NCBI GenBank assembly: GCA_037146775.1
Contig: JBAWWL010000007.1
Coordinates: 65,536 to 129,535 of the forward strand
DNA: 64,000 nucleotides
Direction: 5' to 3'
Origin: Candidatus Omnitrophota bacterium
GTDB taxonomy: Bacteria; Omnitrophota; Gorgyraeia; Duberdicusellales; 4484-171
Part shown: positions 10,246 to 20,391 of the stretch, in pieces
How positions within the stretch are numbered: position 1 is the first letter of the stretch
Layout: each line of letters starts with the position of its first letter
Notes under the pieces: model-generated
Database searches by the model: none
What the model was told of the DNA's origin: nothing
Seen by the model: the letters and a program-made list of their open reading frames with translations, nothing else
Made by a program: the position numbers and the translations under genes

Positions 10246-10914
10246 ATGGAAGATAAGCATATTAAAGATAATGAGATTTCAGTTCATGATGTGTTAAATA
10301 AAATCAAAGACGGTATGCTTGACCCGCGGATTCTTTCCAAGGATGATCGCCAAGCATGCGTAGAAACGTTGACGCTTGAGGGCTTACAGGCATCAGCCAT
10401 AGCGCAGCTTCTTAAGAAAAGTGATAAGACTATTGCCAGGGATATTAAGGAGATAAATGCTAAGAATGCTCTATCGCCTAATGTGGACTTTGTTAAAGAA
10501 ACTGTAGGCCGATTCCTTAAGATGTCGCTAAACCATCACAGCTACCTCATGCGTCTTGCGCGCAACAAGGAGGCAACGATTTCAGAGCGGGCGCTTTCCG
10601 AAGCATCCGCATGGAAGGTTTTGGAAGGCACTATTCAGCGGTTTCAGGCTCTAGGGTATTTGCCTTCCCAGCCAGCACAGGTGGTTGGGAGCTTTTTTCA
10701 TCACATGGATACAGGTAGTGAAGTAAGTGCAAATGATATGAGAAAGACGCTTGCAAGCATTGAAGCCGCAGCCAAGGAAGCAGGTATTTTAGATGCCGAA
10801 ACAGCAAAGAGAATAGATTCTCTTAATGCCAGAATCGAAAAAACAGAAATTGCACAGGAAATAAAGCAGCTTGAAGAAAAACCTACCGAACAGAAGGAGA
10901 AAAGCCATGAATAA
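10246..10914 (+). CDS. putative terminase small subunit / HTH DNA-binding protein
   Basis: position immediately upstream of and overlapping the large terminase; helix-turn-helix-like segment (LQASAIAQLLKKSDKTIARDIKEI). Confidence 0.4.
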   Translation: MEDKHIKDNEISVHDVLNKIKDGMLDPRILSKDDRQACVETLTLEGLQASAIAQLLKKSDKTIARDIKEINAKNALSPNVDFVKETVGRFLKMSLNHHSYLMRLARNKEATISERALSEASAWKVLEGTIQRFQALGYLPSQPAQVVGSFFHHMDTGSEVSANDMRKTLASIEAAAKEAGILDAETAKRIDSLNARIEKTEIAQEIKQLEEKPTEQKEKSHE

Positions 10915-12562
10915 TAATATTAGTAATGACGTTGGAGGGTTACGGAGAAATTTATCAAAAAAGAGCTTAAAATTCTTTGCGGGAACATATTTTAAACATT
11001 ATTGCAAGGTTGGCTTTGCGCCATTTCATCTGGAGTTCTTTGACTATCTTCAGGGCGTTACATTAAAGCGTAACATAAAGTCTGCGGTTGCAGCCCCTCG
11101 AGGTTATGCGAAGAGTACAGTTGTGAGTCTCATTTATGCATTGTGGTGTATTTGTTTCAAATGGGAGAGCTGCATGGTGATTTTTTCATGCACCAAAGAT
11201 CAGTCGCAAAAACTTTTATCCCACATTAAGGATGAACTTAGCACGAACGAAGTATTGCGGGCGGATTTTCCCGATGTATGCGAAATGCCCAATCCCCGGT
11301 GGAGGGTAGATGAGATTATTACCAAAAACAACGTTAACGTAATAGTCTCAAGTGTTGGAAATCGGATACGTGGTGTGCGCTATAAGGAAGAAAGGCCTGG
11401 GCTTGTAATCTTAGATGACGTTGAGACTCGCGAAAATACATGGACTGCTGAGCAAAGAGAAAATATTCTTGATTGGTTCACCAAGGTTGTGCTTAATCTG
11501 GGTGATGAGCGCACTAATTTTATTGTTTGCGGCACCGTGTTGCACTTTGACAGCCTGCTAGCCAAGCTTTTAAGCGGAGAGGAGCTTGCTGGCTGGGACC
11601 ATGAAATTTATAAAGCTATCCTCAATGAAGCAGATTGCAATGACCTTTGGGCTGAGTGGTCTAATCTTTATCGCAGTAGGAATATTTATAAAGGGCAGAC
11701 AGGCCCGGATGCAGCCAGCCTATTTTATAAGGACAATGAATATGACATGCTTAAAGGTGTGCAGGTCCTTTGGAAGGATAAGGAAAGCTATCTTGACCTT
11801 ATGGTTATGCGGGAGCAAAAAGGAATTCCCAGTTTTGAATCAGAAAAGATGAACGAACCCAAAGACTGTAGGGTAAACAGTTTTAACATAAAAACAGTAA
11901 TTTTCTGGGATGATGATTCGCGGCATCCGACTGTAGAGGATTTAAGGCGGTTTTTAGGCACCCGCATTGCCGTCATCGGGGCATGCGATTCGGCAGTGAC
12001 TGTTTCAAGTAGGAGCGACTATTCGGCGATAGTGACGGCTTTTGTAAATCTGTCCAGCAAGGAAAAGGAACTTTATGTGGTTGACGCCGATGCGGGAAGA
12101 TGGAATGTTAACATTCTCATAGAGAGAATCTGCATTTACCATAAAACAAGGGTATATACCACGTTTATCTATGAGGCAAATGCTGCCCAATCTTGGCTTG
12201 GTGAGATGCTAAAGAAGCAGCCAGCTTATATCCCAATAAAACCCATAACGAACACAGAGCCTAAAGAGGTGCGTATAATGAAGATTATGCTTCTTATTCA
12301 GCAAGGAAAAGTAAAGATTTCAAAAAGGCTGGCTGAACTTACACGGCAGCTTTCCCAGTATCCTTACTGTGCGCATGATGATATTATAGATGCCTTATCG
12401 ATGTTGATTGATGCTGCCGAGAAATATGCTAGTATGAATCCCGGTGAAATGAAGATATTTTTTGAGAAAATCAGGAATGGATCTGCTGGCGATAAAGGGA
12501 AAAAGATTATTCTTTACGGCGATAGGCCATTTAATGATTATGGTGGACTATTAGGAATTTAG
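10871..12562 (+). CDS. phage terminase large subunit
   Basis: Walker A-like 'AAPRGYAKSTVVS'; Walker B 'LVILDDVETRE'; C-terminal RNaseH-like nuclease acidic residues (GACDSAV, CAHDDIIDALSMLID); the start may be the internal Met near 10907. Confidence 0.8.
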   Translation: MKKNLPNRRRKAMNNNISNDVGGLRRNLSKKSLKFFAGTYFKHYCKVGFAPFHLEFFDYLQGVTLKRNIKSAVAAPRGYAKSTVVSLIYALWCICFKWESCMVIFSCTKDQSQKLLSHIKDELSTNEVLRADFPDVCEMPNPRWRVDEIITKNNVNVIVSSVGNRIRGVRYKEERPGLVILDDVETRENTWTAEQRENILDWFTKVVLNLGDERTNFIVCGTVLHFDSLLAKLLSGEELAGWDHEIYKAILNEADCNDLWAEWSNLYRSRNIYKGQTGPDAASLFYKDNEYDMLKGVQVLWKDKESYLDLMVMREQKGIPSFESEKMNEPKDCRVNSFNIKTVIFWDDDSRHPTVEDLRRFLGTRIAVIGACDSAVTVSSRSDYSAIVTAFVNLSSKEKELYVVDADAGRWNVNILIERICIYHKTRVYTTFIYEANAAQSWLGEMLKKQPAYIPIKPITNTEPKEVRIMKIMLLIQQGKVKISKRLAELTRQLSQYPYCAHDDIIDALSMLIDAAEKYASMNPGEMKIFFEKIRNGSAGDKGKKIILYGDRPFNDYGGLLGI

Positions 12563-12580
12563 AAGTAATTATGAAGTAAT

Positions 12581-12796
12581 TTAGAAATCTAAAAGTTTTG
12601 AAGGTTTAGTTTTAAGTGCTTTCGCAAGCCTCCCAATAGTTTCAAGCCTTATATTGGGAGGCTTTTTACTTTCAATCCGCTGAATATACTTATAGTCAAT
12701 ACCCGTTTCTTCAGACAACTTTTCCTGCGTCAAACCCCGTATTTCGCGTAATTTTTTCAGTCTTTTACCCAGTTTTACCCTTATTGACTCTTCCAT
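12581..12796 (-). CDS. XRE-family (Cro/CI-type) HTH transcriptional regulator
   Basis: 'LGKRLKKLREIRGLTQEKLSEETGIDYKYIQRIE' is a classic HTH_3 motif; the only convincing minus-strand gene in the window. Confidence 0.8.
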   Translation of the reverse strand: MEESIRVKLGKRLKKLREIRGLTQEKLSEETGIDYKYIQRIESKKPPNIRLETIGRLAKALKTKPSKLLDF

Positions 12797-13005
12797 AGCA
12801 CCGTATTATGGCACGGTGTTATAGTTGTTGACACCTAACGATATTACGGTGTAACATAGCGATTATCCAAGCAACAAAATATTTTTTAAACGACATGATG
12901 TTGTCGACTGCATTCGTATAATTGATCCATAAGATTTCAGCGACTTATAACAATTTTATGGCCAACTAATTATTAACTTTTATAACCAAAGGCGGAGGGT
13001 AAAAA

Positions 13006-13587
13006 ATGAAAAGAACACCAGAAGAGTGGCTTAAAAAAGTAAAAGAATTGCTTATGGAAAAGTTTGCTGACAAAACCAAAAAATTTTTTACTGAGCGAGA
13101 TATTGTTTATTCGTTACAAGAAGACATAAGAAAGGATATTAAAAACAACAATTTACCATATAAGGTTTTTAATGATTGTCCAATATTGCCAGGCAAGGCC
13201 AAAAGGCCCCTTTGCGCTGACTTGGTTATTATAAGTGAAGATAATTTTGGAGAGTTGAAAAAAAACCCCAAGAATATTCTCAAGAAAATTTGCGCAGAGA
13301 TTGCATTTGAATTCAAGTATGAACCTGATCATGGCAATAAGAGGAAAGATGACTTTCAGCCGAAGAAATTTTTTTCAGATTCAAGAGTCGTTTCTTGGAA
13401 TGGTGTGGAGAAGGACAGAGATCGTATAACAGACTTTGTGAAGAAAAATAAGGCTAAAATAGGATGTTCAGTTTTTATAGATGAAGGTGGGGTATTTCAG
13501 GGCAAATACAGTCCCGAAGAGCATGCCCCATATATAATTTATAAATGTAAAATGGTATCTGGAAAACCTATGCTCGAACCATTTTAG
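13006..13587 (+). CDS. hypothetical protein
   Basis: 193-aa ORF with RBS 'aaaggcggagggt'. Confidence 0.45.
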   Translation: MKRTPEEWLKKVKELLMEKFADKTKKFFTERDIVYSLQEDIRKDIKNNNLPYKVFNDCPILPGKAKRPLCADLVIISEDNFGELKKNPKNILKKICAEIAFEFKYEPDHGNKRKDDFQPKKFFSDSRVVSWNGVEKDRDRITDFVKKNKAKIGCSVFIDEGGVFQGKYSPEEHAPYIIYKCKMVSGKPMLEPF

Positions 13588-13608
13588 ACATAAAAGCAGG
13601 AGGTAGTA

Positions 13609-14076
13609 ATGAAAGGATTGTCGTGGGTTTCTGTCGCAATATTATTAATGATTTGTGGATGCGGTCCAAATCAGCAACAATACATGGGGGGCTTAGAACA
13701 ATCAGTAAAGCCGTTGATCCAGAAAGACCTAACTGAGGCAATTAAATACTTTGGTTTGTCCGAAGATACGGCTACGGTCTCTGAAGTTAAACTTACTAAG
13801 TTTAGTAAGGATAGGAATTATTATGTTGGAAAAGCTAAGATTAATTTTAAACCCCTTGAGATTAATGGTAAAAGAGTTGAAACGAAAGCGACCGTTGACC
13901 AGCTTGGTGCAAGGGAAGTTCCTGTTACATACGAGTATCTTATTGATGTTCAAGTAGCGACTGAAAAGCCGAATGACGATATGTTCAACTATAAATACGA
14001 TTCAGAACAGCTTAGTTTAGCGATTGGTGAATATGTGGATTTGATAATGCAAGTGGCAAGAGCGACTGCAAGATGA
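13609..14076 (+). CDS. putative lipoprotein
   Basis: signal peptide ending in 'LLMICGCG' (lipobox-like); RBS 'aggaggt'. Confidence 0.5.
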   Translation: MKGLSWVSVAILLMICGCGPNQQQYMGGLEQSVKPLIQKDLTEAIKYFGLSEDTATVSEVKLTKFSKDRNYYVGKAKINFKPLEINGKRVETKATVDQLGAREVPVTYEYLIDVQVATEKPNDDMFNYKYDSEQLSLAIGEYVDLIMQVARATAR

Positions 14077-14156
14077 TGGTAAAAAGAATATTTTTCCCTG
14101 CAATAATATATAGAGGTAGAATAAAATGAATCAAACCATTTTTAGGAGGTAATATT

Positions 14157-14252
14157 ATGAAAAAAGTAATTATTGGTGTCGCGTTAACTATCTTGATTGT
14201 TGTTATATTTTGGATGTTGGGTCGATTTCTTGGAGGAAATGTTCGATTTTAA
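14157..14252 (+). CDS. 31-aa single-TM peptide (MKKVIIGVALTILIVVIFWMLGRFLGGNVRF)
   Basis: strong RBS 'ttaggaggtaatatt-ATG'; hydrophobic core; not in the ORF track (<60 aa). Confidence 0.3.
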   Translation: MKKVIIGVALTILIVVIFWMLGRFLGGNVRF

Positions 14253-14437
14253 ATAGGATATTCTATGGTCGCGCACGGCCCATCCATTTTCAGTCTTCTA
14301 CAGACACATTAGCTAAAAAGAGATTGGATACTTTTTAGGTTGGATTGGGTTGAAAAGTAGCTATAATGATAGCCGATATAAGGGAATAAAAGAAATATTA
14401 CGTAAGTATTTGGAGCATTAGCCCTAGCTGGTTTTCT

Positions 14438-15928
14438 ATGAGAGACAAGACTAAAACCTTTCTTTCCAAGAGCAAGTACATGGAAGGGTTGCAATGTAAA
14501 AAACTCCTCTGGTATGAGTATAACCGGAAGGAATTGATTCCGCCGCCTGACCCAGCCAAACAAGCGATTTTTGATGAAGGTACAAAGATTGGAGAAATAG
14601 CCCGTACGCTTTTTCCTGGTGGCATGAAGCTTGAGCGTAATAAATTCCCCGAAGGCCACGATAAACAATCCCGCGAAGCATTAAAAGAACGCCGGCCGCT
14701 GTTTGAGGCCGGTTTTATTGCAAACAGGGGATATGCGTTGGCTGATGTTTTACTTCCGGTAGGCCGCAGCGCATGGGATCTCATTGAAGTTAAAAGCTCA
14801 GCCAGCGTTAAGGAAGAGCATATGCCGGATGTAGCATTCCAGCTTTATACTTATCGTAATGCCGGACTTGACGTGCGTTCCTGCTCTCTTATGTATATTA
14901 ACAACCAATATCTACGTAAAGGTAAGATTGATGCGGGTAAGCTTTTTGCAAAAGAAGATATCAGCGCGCAAGTTGAGGAGTTATTAGGTTATACCAAAAC
15001 CATGCTCCCAAAACTTCTAAGTATTATTGCTCAGTCGGATGAGCCGAAAGTAGAGATTGGCCCGCAGTGCGATAGTCCTTATGAATGCCCGCTTAAGGGG
15101 CATTGTTGGAAGCATTTACCTTTGCATAATAGCGTTTTTACTTTGTATCGCGGGAAAAAACTTGCATTTGAGCTGATGAAGAAGGGAGCCAAAGATTTAT
15201 TCGCAATTCCCAAAGGTACCATGCTTAATGATAAGCAGCAGATTCAACTTGCCTGTTGCGTAAAGAACGATTCTTATGTGGATCGGGATGGTTTGGCCGC
15301 ATTTCTTGAGAAGCTTGAGTATCCGCTGTATTTTCTTGATTTTGAAACGGTTTCTAACGCTGTGCCGTTATATGATCTGTCTCGGCCGTATGAGCAGATA
15401 CCGTTTCAATATTCGCTCCATGTGGTGGAGAAGATAGGTGCTAAGCCGAAGCATTATTCATTTATCGCTCCGGATACGACGGATCCTCGGCCACAGATTC
15501 TAAAGCAGTTAAAAGATTTATTGAAAGACAAAGGTTCAATTATTGCCTATAGCGCGCCGTTTGAAATTGGAGCTCTCGTGCGTTCGGCAGGAATTTATAC
15601 CGATTATATGGATTGGGTGGAAGGCATTAAGGAACGAGTGGTCGATCTGCTTACGCCATTTCGGGCATTTCATTATTATCATCCCAAGCAGGAGGGAAAT
15701 AATTCTTTAAAGGCAGTATTACCGGCTTTAACCGGAATCTCTTATAAAGAAATGGAAATTGCTGAAGGTGAGGTGGCAAGTAAAGAATATGCTCGGGTTA
15801 CTTTCTCGCAAGGTGTAAGTCCGGAAGAGCGCAAGAGGGTATATGAGGCGCTTGAGAAGTATTGCGGCCTTGATACCAGCGGGATGATTGATATATTGCA
15901 GGCGCTTAGGAAGGAAGCAGGGGGATAG
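14438..15928 (+). CDS. DUF2779 domain protein (predicted RecB-family / PD-(D/E)xK nuclease-like)
   Basis: N-terminus 'LSKSKYMEGLQCKKLLWYEY' matches the hallmark DUF2779 start (LSKS+F..GLQC.K+LW); conserved Cys residues in the C-terminal half. Confidence 0.65.
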   Translation: MRDKTKTFLSKSKYMEGLQCKKLLWYEYNRKELIPPPDPAKQAIFDEGTKIGEIARTLFPGGMKLERNKFPEGHDKQSREALKERRPLFEAGFIANRGYALADVLLPVGRSAWDLIEVKSSASVKEEHMPDVAFQLYTYRNAGLDVRSCSLMYINNQYLRKGKIDAGKLFAKEDISAQVEELLGYTKTMLPKLLSIIAQSDEPKVEIGPQCDSPYECPLKGHCWKHLPLHNSVFTLYRGKKLAFELMKKGAKDLFAIPKGTMLNDKQQIQLACCVKNDSYVDRDGLAAFLEKLEYPLYFLDFETVSNAVPLYDLSRPYEQIPFQYSLHVVEKIGAKPKHYSFIAPDTTDPRPQILKQLKDLLKDKGSIIAYSAPFEIGALVRSAGIYTDYMDWVEGIKERVVDLLTPFRAFHYYHPKQEGNNSLKAVLPALTGISYKEMEIAEGEVASKEYARVTFSQGVSPEERKRVYEALEKYCGLDTSGMIDILQALRKEAGG

Positions 15929-16065
15929 TTTAGTTGGAAGTTTTTTTGGGGTTCATGTTTTCCTAATACGCGCAAACTCAATCGCCAAAAAAAGCGGTGC
16001 GTTGAATTGTGTGAGTTGGAATATAGTGAAATTAACTTTAGGGTATTATAGATGGGGGAAGGTCA

Positions 16066-16449
16066 ATGCTATCTAGTAAAGTTGGAATAATTTTAAATAC
16101 GCTTAAGAGTAAGATCGATTCTAGTAAAGGACTCCCAATCTTTTACGATAAAAATGCTAAGTTTGAAAATTGGTTACAAGTGGAATTGTGTGGTATTTTG
16201 TCTGAAAAATGCCAGGCTGAGATTATTCCAGAGCAGTATTCGGAGGCTAATCAATGTTCGTATGATATCTCTGGCGAAAAGGTATTGATTGAGCTTAAAA
16301 TTCATACTACAAAAAAGTCAGCTTCGCATAATATAAAAGGAATTATCAAGGATATCGAAAAATTAAAAAGAGCACCTGATTCAAAAGAAAAAGCAATAAT
16401 TTTTGTAGCTTTCCCGCTAAAGTATAATGATAAGGAATGGGTAACCTAA
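16066..16449 (+). CDS. hypothetical protein
   Basis: 127-aa ORF. Confidence 0.4.
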   Translation: MLSSKVGIILNTLKSKIDSSKGLPIFYDKNAKFENWLQVELCGILSEKCQAEIIPEQYSEANQCSYDISGEKVLIELKIHTTKKSASHNIKGIIKDIEKLKRAPDSKEKAIIFVAFPLKYNDKEWVT

Positions 16450-16582
16450 TTGGAAAATATAGCTCCAAAAGAGAGTTTTATTCGATACTATAGATCATTA
16501 AAGTTTAAGGGTGCCGGTAGAGAAGGTGTTGTGTATTTTATCCAACCGTTGCATAAACTTGAGTCGGTGATATTATAAAAAT

Positions 16583-17524
16583 ATGGCACTTCCTCCTAAG
16601 AGTAACTACGATCATAAGTTTTTTCGCCTGCTGTTTATTTTGAATAAACTTGACCGTGGTGAAAAGGTTTCTACGCTTTCTCTTGCCAAGGAGTTTAACG
16701 TTAAAATCCGCACCGTTCAGCGCGACATAGCCTTGTTATGCGGTACTGGGTTCCTGATTGAATCTCTTGAAAAAGGCACCTACTGTTTTGAAAAAGGTTT
16801 TTCTCTGCGTAAGATCCATCTAAGCGGCGAAGAGGCATCTTTGCTTTCCTTCATGTTTGAAATCGCAAAGTCTTTGGGTTCAAATTTTGAAGGGACTTTT
16901 CGGAGCGTACTGGCTAAGGTAATCCAGAAGGAATATGAATATCCTTATTACGCCAAGATCCCGTCTTCTGAAACATCTTTTAAGGAATTGCCATTCATCA
17001 AGGATCTTGAAAATGCAGTCAGCGATAGCTGTAAGATAAACTTAAAATATAAAAAAGATGACAATTTAAAAGAGTATCACCTGTGCCCCCTTAAGATAAT
17101 CTTTTTTGACGGGTTCTGGTATCTTCTGGCTCAGGGCGATAAAGAGAAGCAGATAGTTAAATTCCGGCTCGACAGGATCAAGCATGTCGCTCTTCTCGAT
17201 GAATATTTTACCCCGCCCGGAAACATAAAAAAGATTCTCGACCAAAGCGCGAATATCTGGTTTTCAGGAAAGAATAAATATAAAGCTATTCTGCATGTCG
17301 ACAAGCAGATATCCGATTATTTCAAGCAGAGAAAATACTTTCCTTCTCAGAAGATAACAAAAAAGAATAAGGATGGTTCGCTTATTATCGAGAGCAGTTA
17401 TTCAGACATGGCAGAAGTAAGCCACACCATAATGCACTGGCTGCCGCATATAGTTGTTACAGGACCAGAAGATTTAAAGAATGAAATCAAGGCTAAGATA
17501 GAAGAATACCGCAAAAGGCTGTAA
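16583..17524 (+). CDS. WYL-domain transcriptional regulator (HTH + WYL; YafY/BrxR/CapW-like)
   Basis: N-terminal HTH 'KVSTLSLAKEFNVKIRTVQRDIALL'; WYL motif 'FFDGFWYLLAQGDKEKQIVKFRLDRI'. Confidence 0.8.
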   Translation: MALPPKSNYDHKFFRLLFILNKLDRGEKVSTLSLAKEFNVKIRTVQRDIALLCGTGFLIESLEKGTYCFEKGFSLRKIHLSGEEASLLSFMFEIAKSLGSNFEGTFRSVLAKVIQKEYEYPYYAKIPSSETSFKELPFIKDLENAVSDSCKINLKYKKDDNLKEYHLCPLKIIFFDGFWYLLAQGDKEKQIVKFRLDRIKHVALLDEYFTPPGNIKKILDQSANIWFSGKNKYKAILHVDKQISDYFKQRKYFPSQKITKKNKDGSLIIESSYSDMAEVSHTIMHWLPHIVVTGPEDLKNEIKAKIEEYRKRL

Positions 17525-17690
17525 AAAGCCTGCTTTCAAGCGATACAACCTTGCCACTACCTCGTGTGGCGCACTTTCTTATTCCGCAAAAATCTTTTTC
17601 AAAGCGACATAACCTTGTCGCATGCCTATGTTACATTTAGAACTATCCTATTGAATATTATATAAACTAACTTGATAATAGCCGGTTTCT

Positions 17691-19190
17691 ATGGCTATAT
17701 ATGCAAAAAGGAGGTGTGTTATGGAACAAACTTTTTCAGCCCAAAGCTTAAATAGTAATACGCTAATAAAGGATGATATCAGCCTTCAGCCTCAAAAAGA
17801 GGCGGTTATTTTGGCTAATGACAAGGAGTATCTCGATGATTATTTTGAGATTTATCGTCTTTATCTACTCAAGCGCACTATTCTGAACAAAATTCAAAAT
17901 AAGCGCTCTAAGTGTGAGTTGTCCGGAAAGGGAAGGTTTAACGGCCGCATTGTCATACTTAATAACCGGATACTAAAGCAGGAGACGATATTCTGGCAGA
18001 AGGTACAAGAGGGTCAAACGCGCGGAATAAAGTTCGCCATTGAGGAAATCGCGGCCAAATTCAATCTGGATTTGTTTGAAAAGAAATTACTGCTTTTTTT
18101 TCTTTACCTTGAATATTTTGCCGTTGAGAAAAATATCTGTATGGAAGACGAATTGCTTTGTATCTTTGATACCGAAAACTCCGTATTGTCCAGAATGCGA
18201 AATAATAAGTATTTTAAGAAGGATTCAGTCCTGCTTAAGAATGGACTGCTTGTCAAGGATTTTAGAGCGAATTCTGCCAGCGCAAGAGCTGAAATTACGC
18301 TTAGTTCCAAGGCGCTGGATATTATTTCAACAGTTTTAAATGGCGGAGAATACCTGGAAGTTGAATCCAAGAAAGCCACTTCCAGCGGAACGATAGGCTA
18401 TGTCAAGGAGCCGGAGTATAAACTTGAGGATATTTTTTTAAATGAAGATATTAAAGGGAAAATTACATTATTTCTGGATGCTTATAGGGATAATAAATTT
18501 GAGGCCTTAGGGGTTACGCAGAGAATAAAGAAAGGTTTAGGCGCGGCGTTTCTTTTTTCTGGCCCTCCCGGAACAGGAAAAAGTATGCTTGCTGAGGCAG
18601 TCGCGGCATACGTCGGGAAGAAGGTGTTGATGGTAGAGTACCCAAAGATAATGGATCACTGGGTTGGTGCGACCGATAAGAATATATCAACAATCTTTAA
18701 AAGCGCTGAAGAGGAGAATCTTGTGGTTATTCTTGATGAAGCAGATACTCTTTTTTATAACAGATCATTTGCTCTTGAAGAACACGATATAAGGTTTGTA
18801 AACGAAATGTTGCAGGAACTGGAGAAGTTTAAAGGCATAATTATCCTTACGACAAATATGGATATTTTACTTGATCCGGCGCTCGAAAGAAGGCTTTCTT
18901 TGAAGGTGAAGTTCGAGCTTCCTCCCAAGGATACACGCTCTCAGATATGGCAGTTCCACATTCCAGACAAAGTCAGGCTGGCAGAAGGGGTTAATTTTGA
19001 GATGCTGGCGGCAAAGTATGATTTCTCGGGAGGCAATATCAAGAATGCGGTTTTAAACGCATTCAGGAAAATGGCCTCAAGAAACAGCGATACGCTTACT
19101 TTGGAAGACTTGATTTTCGGAGCGAACTTAGAGAAAGACGGCATGTTTAATTCCAAGGCCCAAAGAAACGTTGTTGGCTTTTCCTCTTAA
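17691..19190 (+). CDS. AAA+ ATPase with an approx. 260-aa N-terminal domain of unknown function
   Basis: Walker A 'FSGPPGTGKSMLAEAVA'; Walker B 'VVILDEADTLF'; sensor/arginine finger 'ILTTNMDILLDPALERRL'. Confidence 0.8.
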   Translation: MAIYAKRRCVMEQTFSAQSLNSNTLIKDDISLQPQKEAVILANDKEYLDDYFEIYRLYLLKRTILNKIQNKRSKCELSGKGRFNGRIVILNNRILKQETIFWQKVQEGQTRGIKFAIEEIAAKFNLDLFEKKLLLFFLYLEYFAVEKNICMEDELLCIFDTENSVLSRMRNNKYFKKDSVLLKNGLLVKDFRANSASARAEITLSSKALDIISTVLNGGEYLEVESKKATSSGTIGYVKEPEYKLEDIFLNEDIKGKITLFLDAYRDNKFEALGVTQRIKKGLGAAFLFSGPPGTGKSMLAEAVAAYVGKKVLMVEYPKIMDHWVGATDKNISTIFKSAEEENLVVILDEADTLFYNRSFALEEHDIRFVNEMLQELEKFKGIIILTTNMDILLDPALERRLSLKVKFELPPKDTRSQIWQFHIPDKVRLAEGVNFEMLAAKYDFSGGNIKNAVLNAFRKMASRNSDTLTLEDLIFGANLEKDGMFNSKAQRNVVGFSS

Positions 19191-19377
19191 CAAAGAAGGC
19201 ATTATGAAATACAAAGAATGGATGAAGTTGATTCGTAAGCATCCGCATAAGGATCTCAACGGAAAAGTTATCTTTTATGATATCGATGGCACAGCGCTGG
19301 GTGAGGTTGTTTATAAAAAGGGTAAAGTGGTCTCAGGAAGAGAATACGTGATTAGAAAAAAAATGGATAAGTCATAG
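19171..19377 (+). CDS. hypothetical small protein
   Basis: 68-aa ORF overlapping the stop of the AAA+ gene. Confidence 0.3.
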   Translation: MLAFPLNKEGIMKYKEWMKLIRKHPHKDLNGKVIFYDIDGTALGEVVYKKGKVVSGREYVIRKKMDKS

Positions 19378-19394
19378 CCAGGGAGGAGGTAAAG

Positions 19395-19688
19395 ATGATA
19401 AAACGACAGGGGGATTTACTGATTGTTAAGGTGGAGAAAATTCCCGAGGATGCGCAAACGCAGAAAAGCCGTATATTGGCCGAAGGAGAGGCAACCGGCC
19501 ATATGCACGAACTAGACTCGGGGGAAGTTTATGAAAAAGACGGAACACTGTACTTTAAAGTAGCAGAGGGCGGGAATGTGACTTTGAAACATCCGGAACA
19601 CGGTCCGCTTCAATTCGATGAGGGAGTTTACCAAGTAATCCGTCAGCGTGAATATATTCCAGAGGGTTGGCGCCGTGTCGAGGATTGA
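19395..19688 (+). CDS. hypothetical small protein
   Basis: 97-aa ORF with RBS 'ggaggaggt'. Confidence 0.4.
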   Translation: MIKRQGDLLIVKVEKIPEDAQTQKSRILAEGEATGHMHELDSGEVYEKDGTLYFKVAEGGNVTLKHPEHGPLQFDEGVYQVIRQREYIPEGWRRVED

Positions 19689-20391
19689 CCGGCAGATAAA
19701 GTTTACCTGGCTTGACGGAAGGCTTGTGTATCATAAATATATAGGTGATAGGGAATTTGCTGTTGCAGCCGGATATTTTCCTAATGGGAGGCCGCAATTT
19801 CATTTCCCTATGCGCAAGGGTCGGTTCCACGGTATTTGTCGGTTTTGGCGGGAGTCCGGTCTGCTAGAATCAGAGGAAGAATATCGTGACGGCGTCTTGG
19901 AAGGTTTTGTGCACAGGTGGTATCCCAACGGGATATTGGGAGCTAAGCTTCTTTATTCCCGCGGTCTTCGGAACGGCCCTTCCAGGCATTGGGATGAGCA
20001 TGGGGAGCTTGTTTCTGCCAAGGTCTATCTTCGCGGCAGAGAGGTGCCCGAAGAAATCTCCGGGCGTATCTTGGATAAGAAACTGAACGCAAGCTATATA
20101 CTTGAAATAAAAAATGCTGAATTGCGTCGTTTTTGTCTTGAAGAGTTTGGCTATGAGCGGTTTGCTTCGCAAATGCAGCATCGGGTTATTGATAAGAATG
20201 GAGAGCAGGAACTTGTATGCATTACCTGGATAAATCGCGAGGAACCAATTTATCTTGTAAAAGTAAAATGCCCTTCAACAGGCGTGTTTTACACCCTACG
20301 TGTTCCGCCGGACATGAATACTGTTAAACAAGCCATAGCTTGGACATTTAACATGAAAGAGGATGAATATCTCGCTAGCCAGGAAACTTAA
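19648..20391 (+). CDS. MORN-repeat / YwqK-like protein
   Basis: repeats of the G-x-x-x-G-x-W-x-x-Y/W type (GRFHGICRFWRESG, GVLEGFVHRWYPNG, GLRNGPSRHWDEHG). Confidence 0.5.
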   Translation: MNIFQRVGAVSRIDRQIKFTWLDGRLVYHKYIGDREFAVAAGYFPNGRPQFHFPMRKGRFHGICRFWRESGLLESEEEYRDGVLEGFVHRWYPNGILGAKLLYSRGLRNGPSRHWDEHGELVSAKVYLRGREVPEEISGRILDKKLNASYILEIKNAELRRFCLEEFGYERFASQMQHRVIDKNGEQELVCITWINREEPIYLVKVKCPSTGVFYTLRVPPDMNTVKQAIAWTFNMKEDEYLASQET

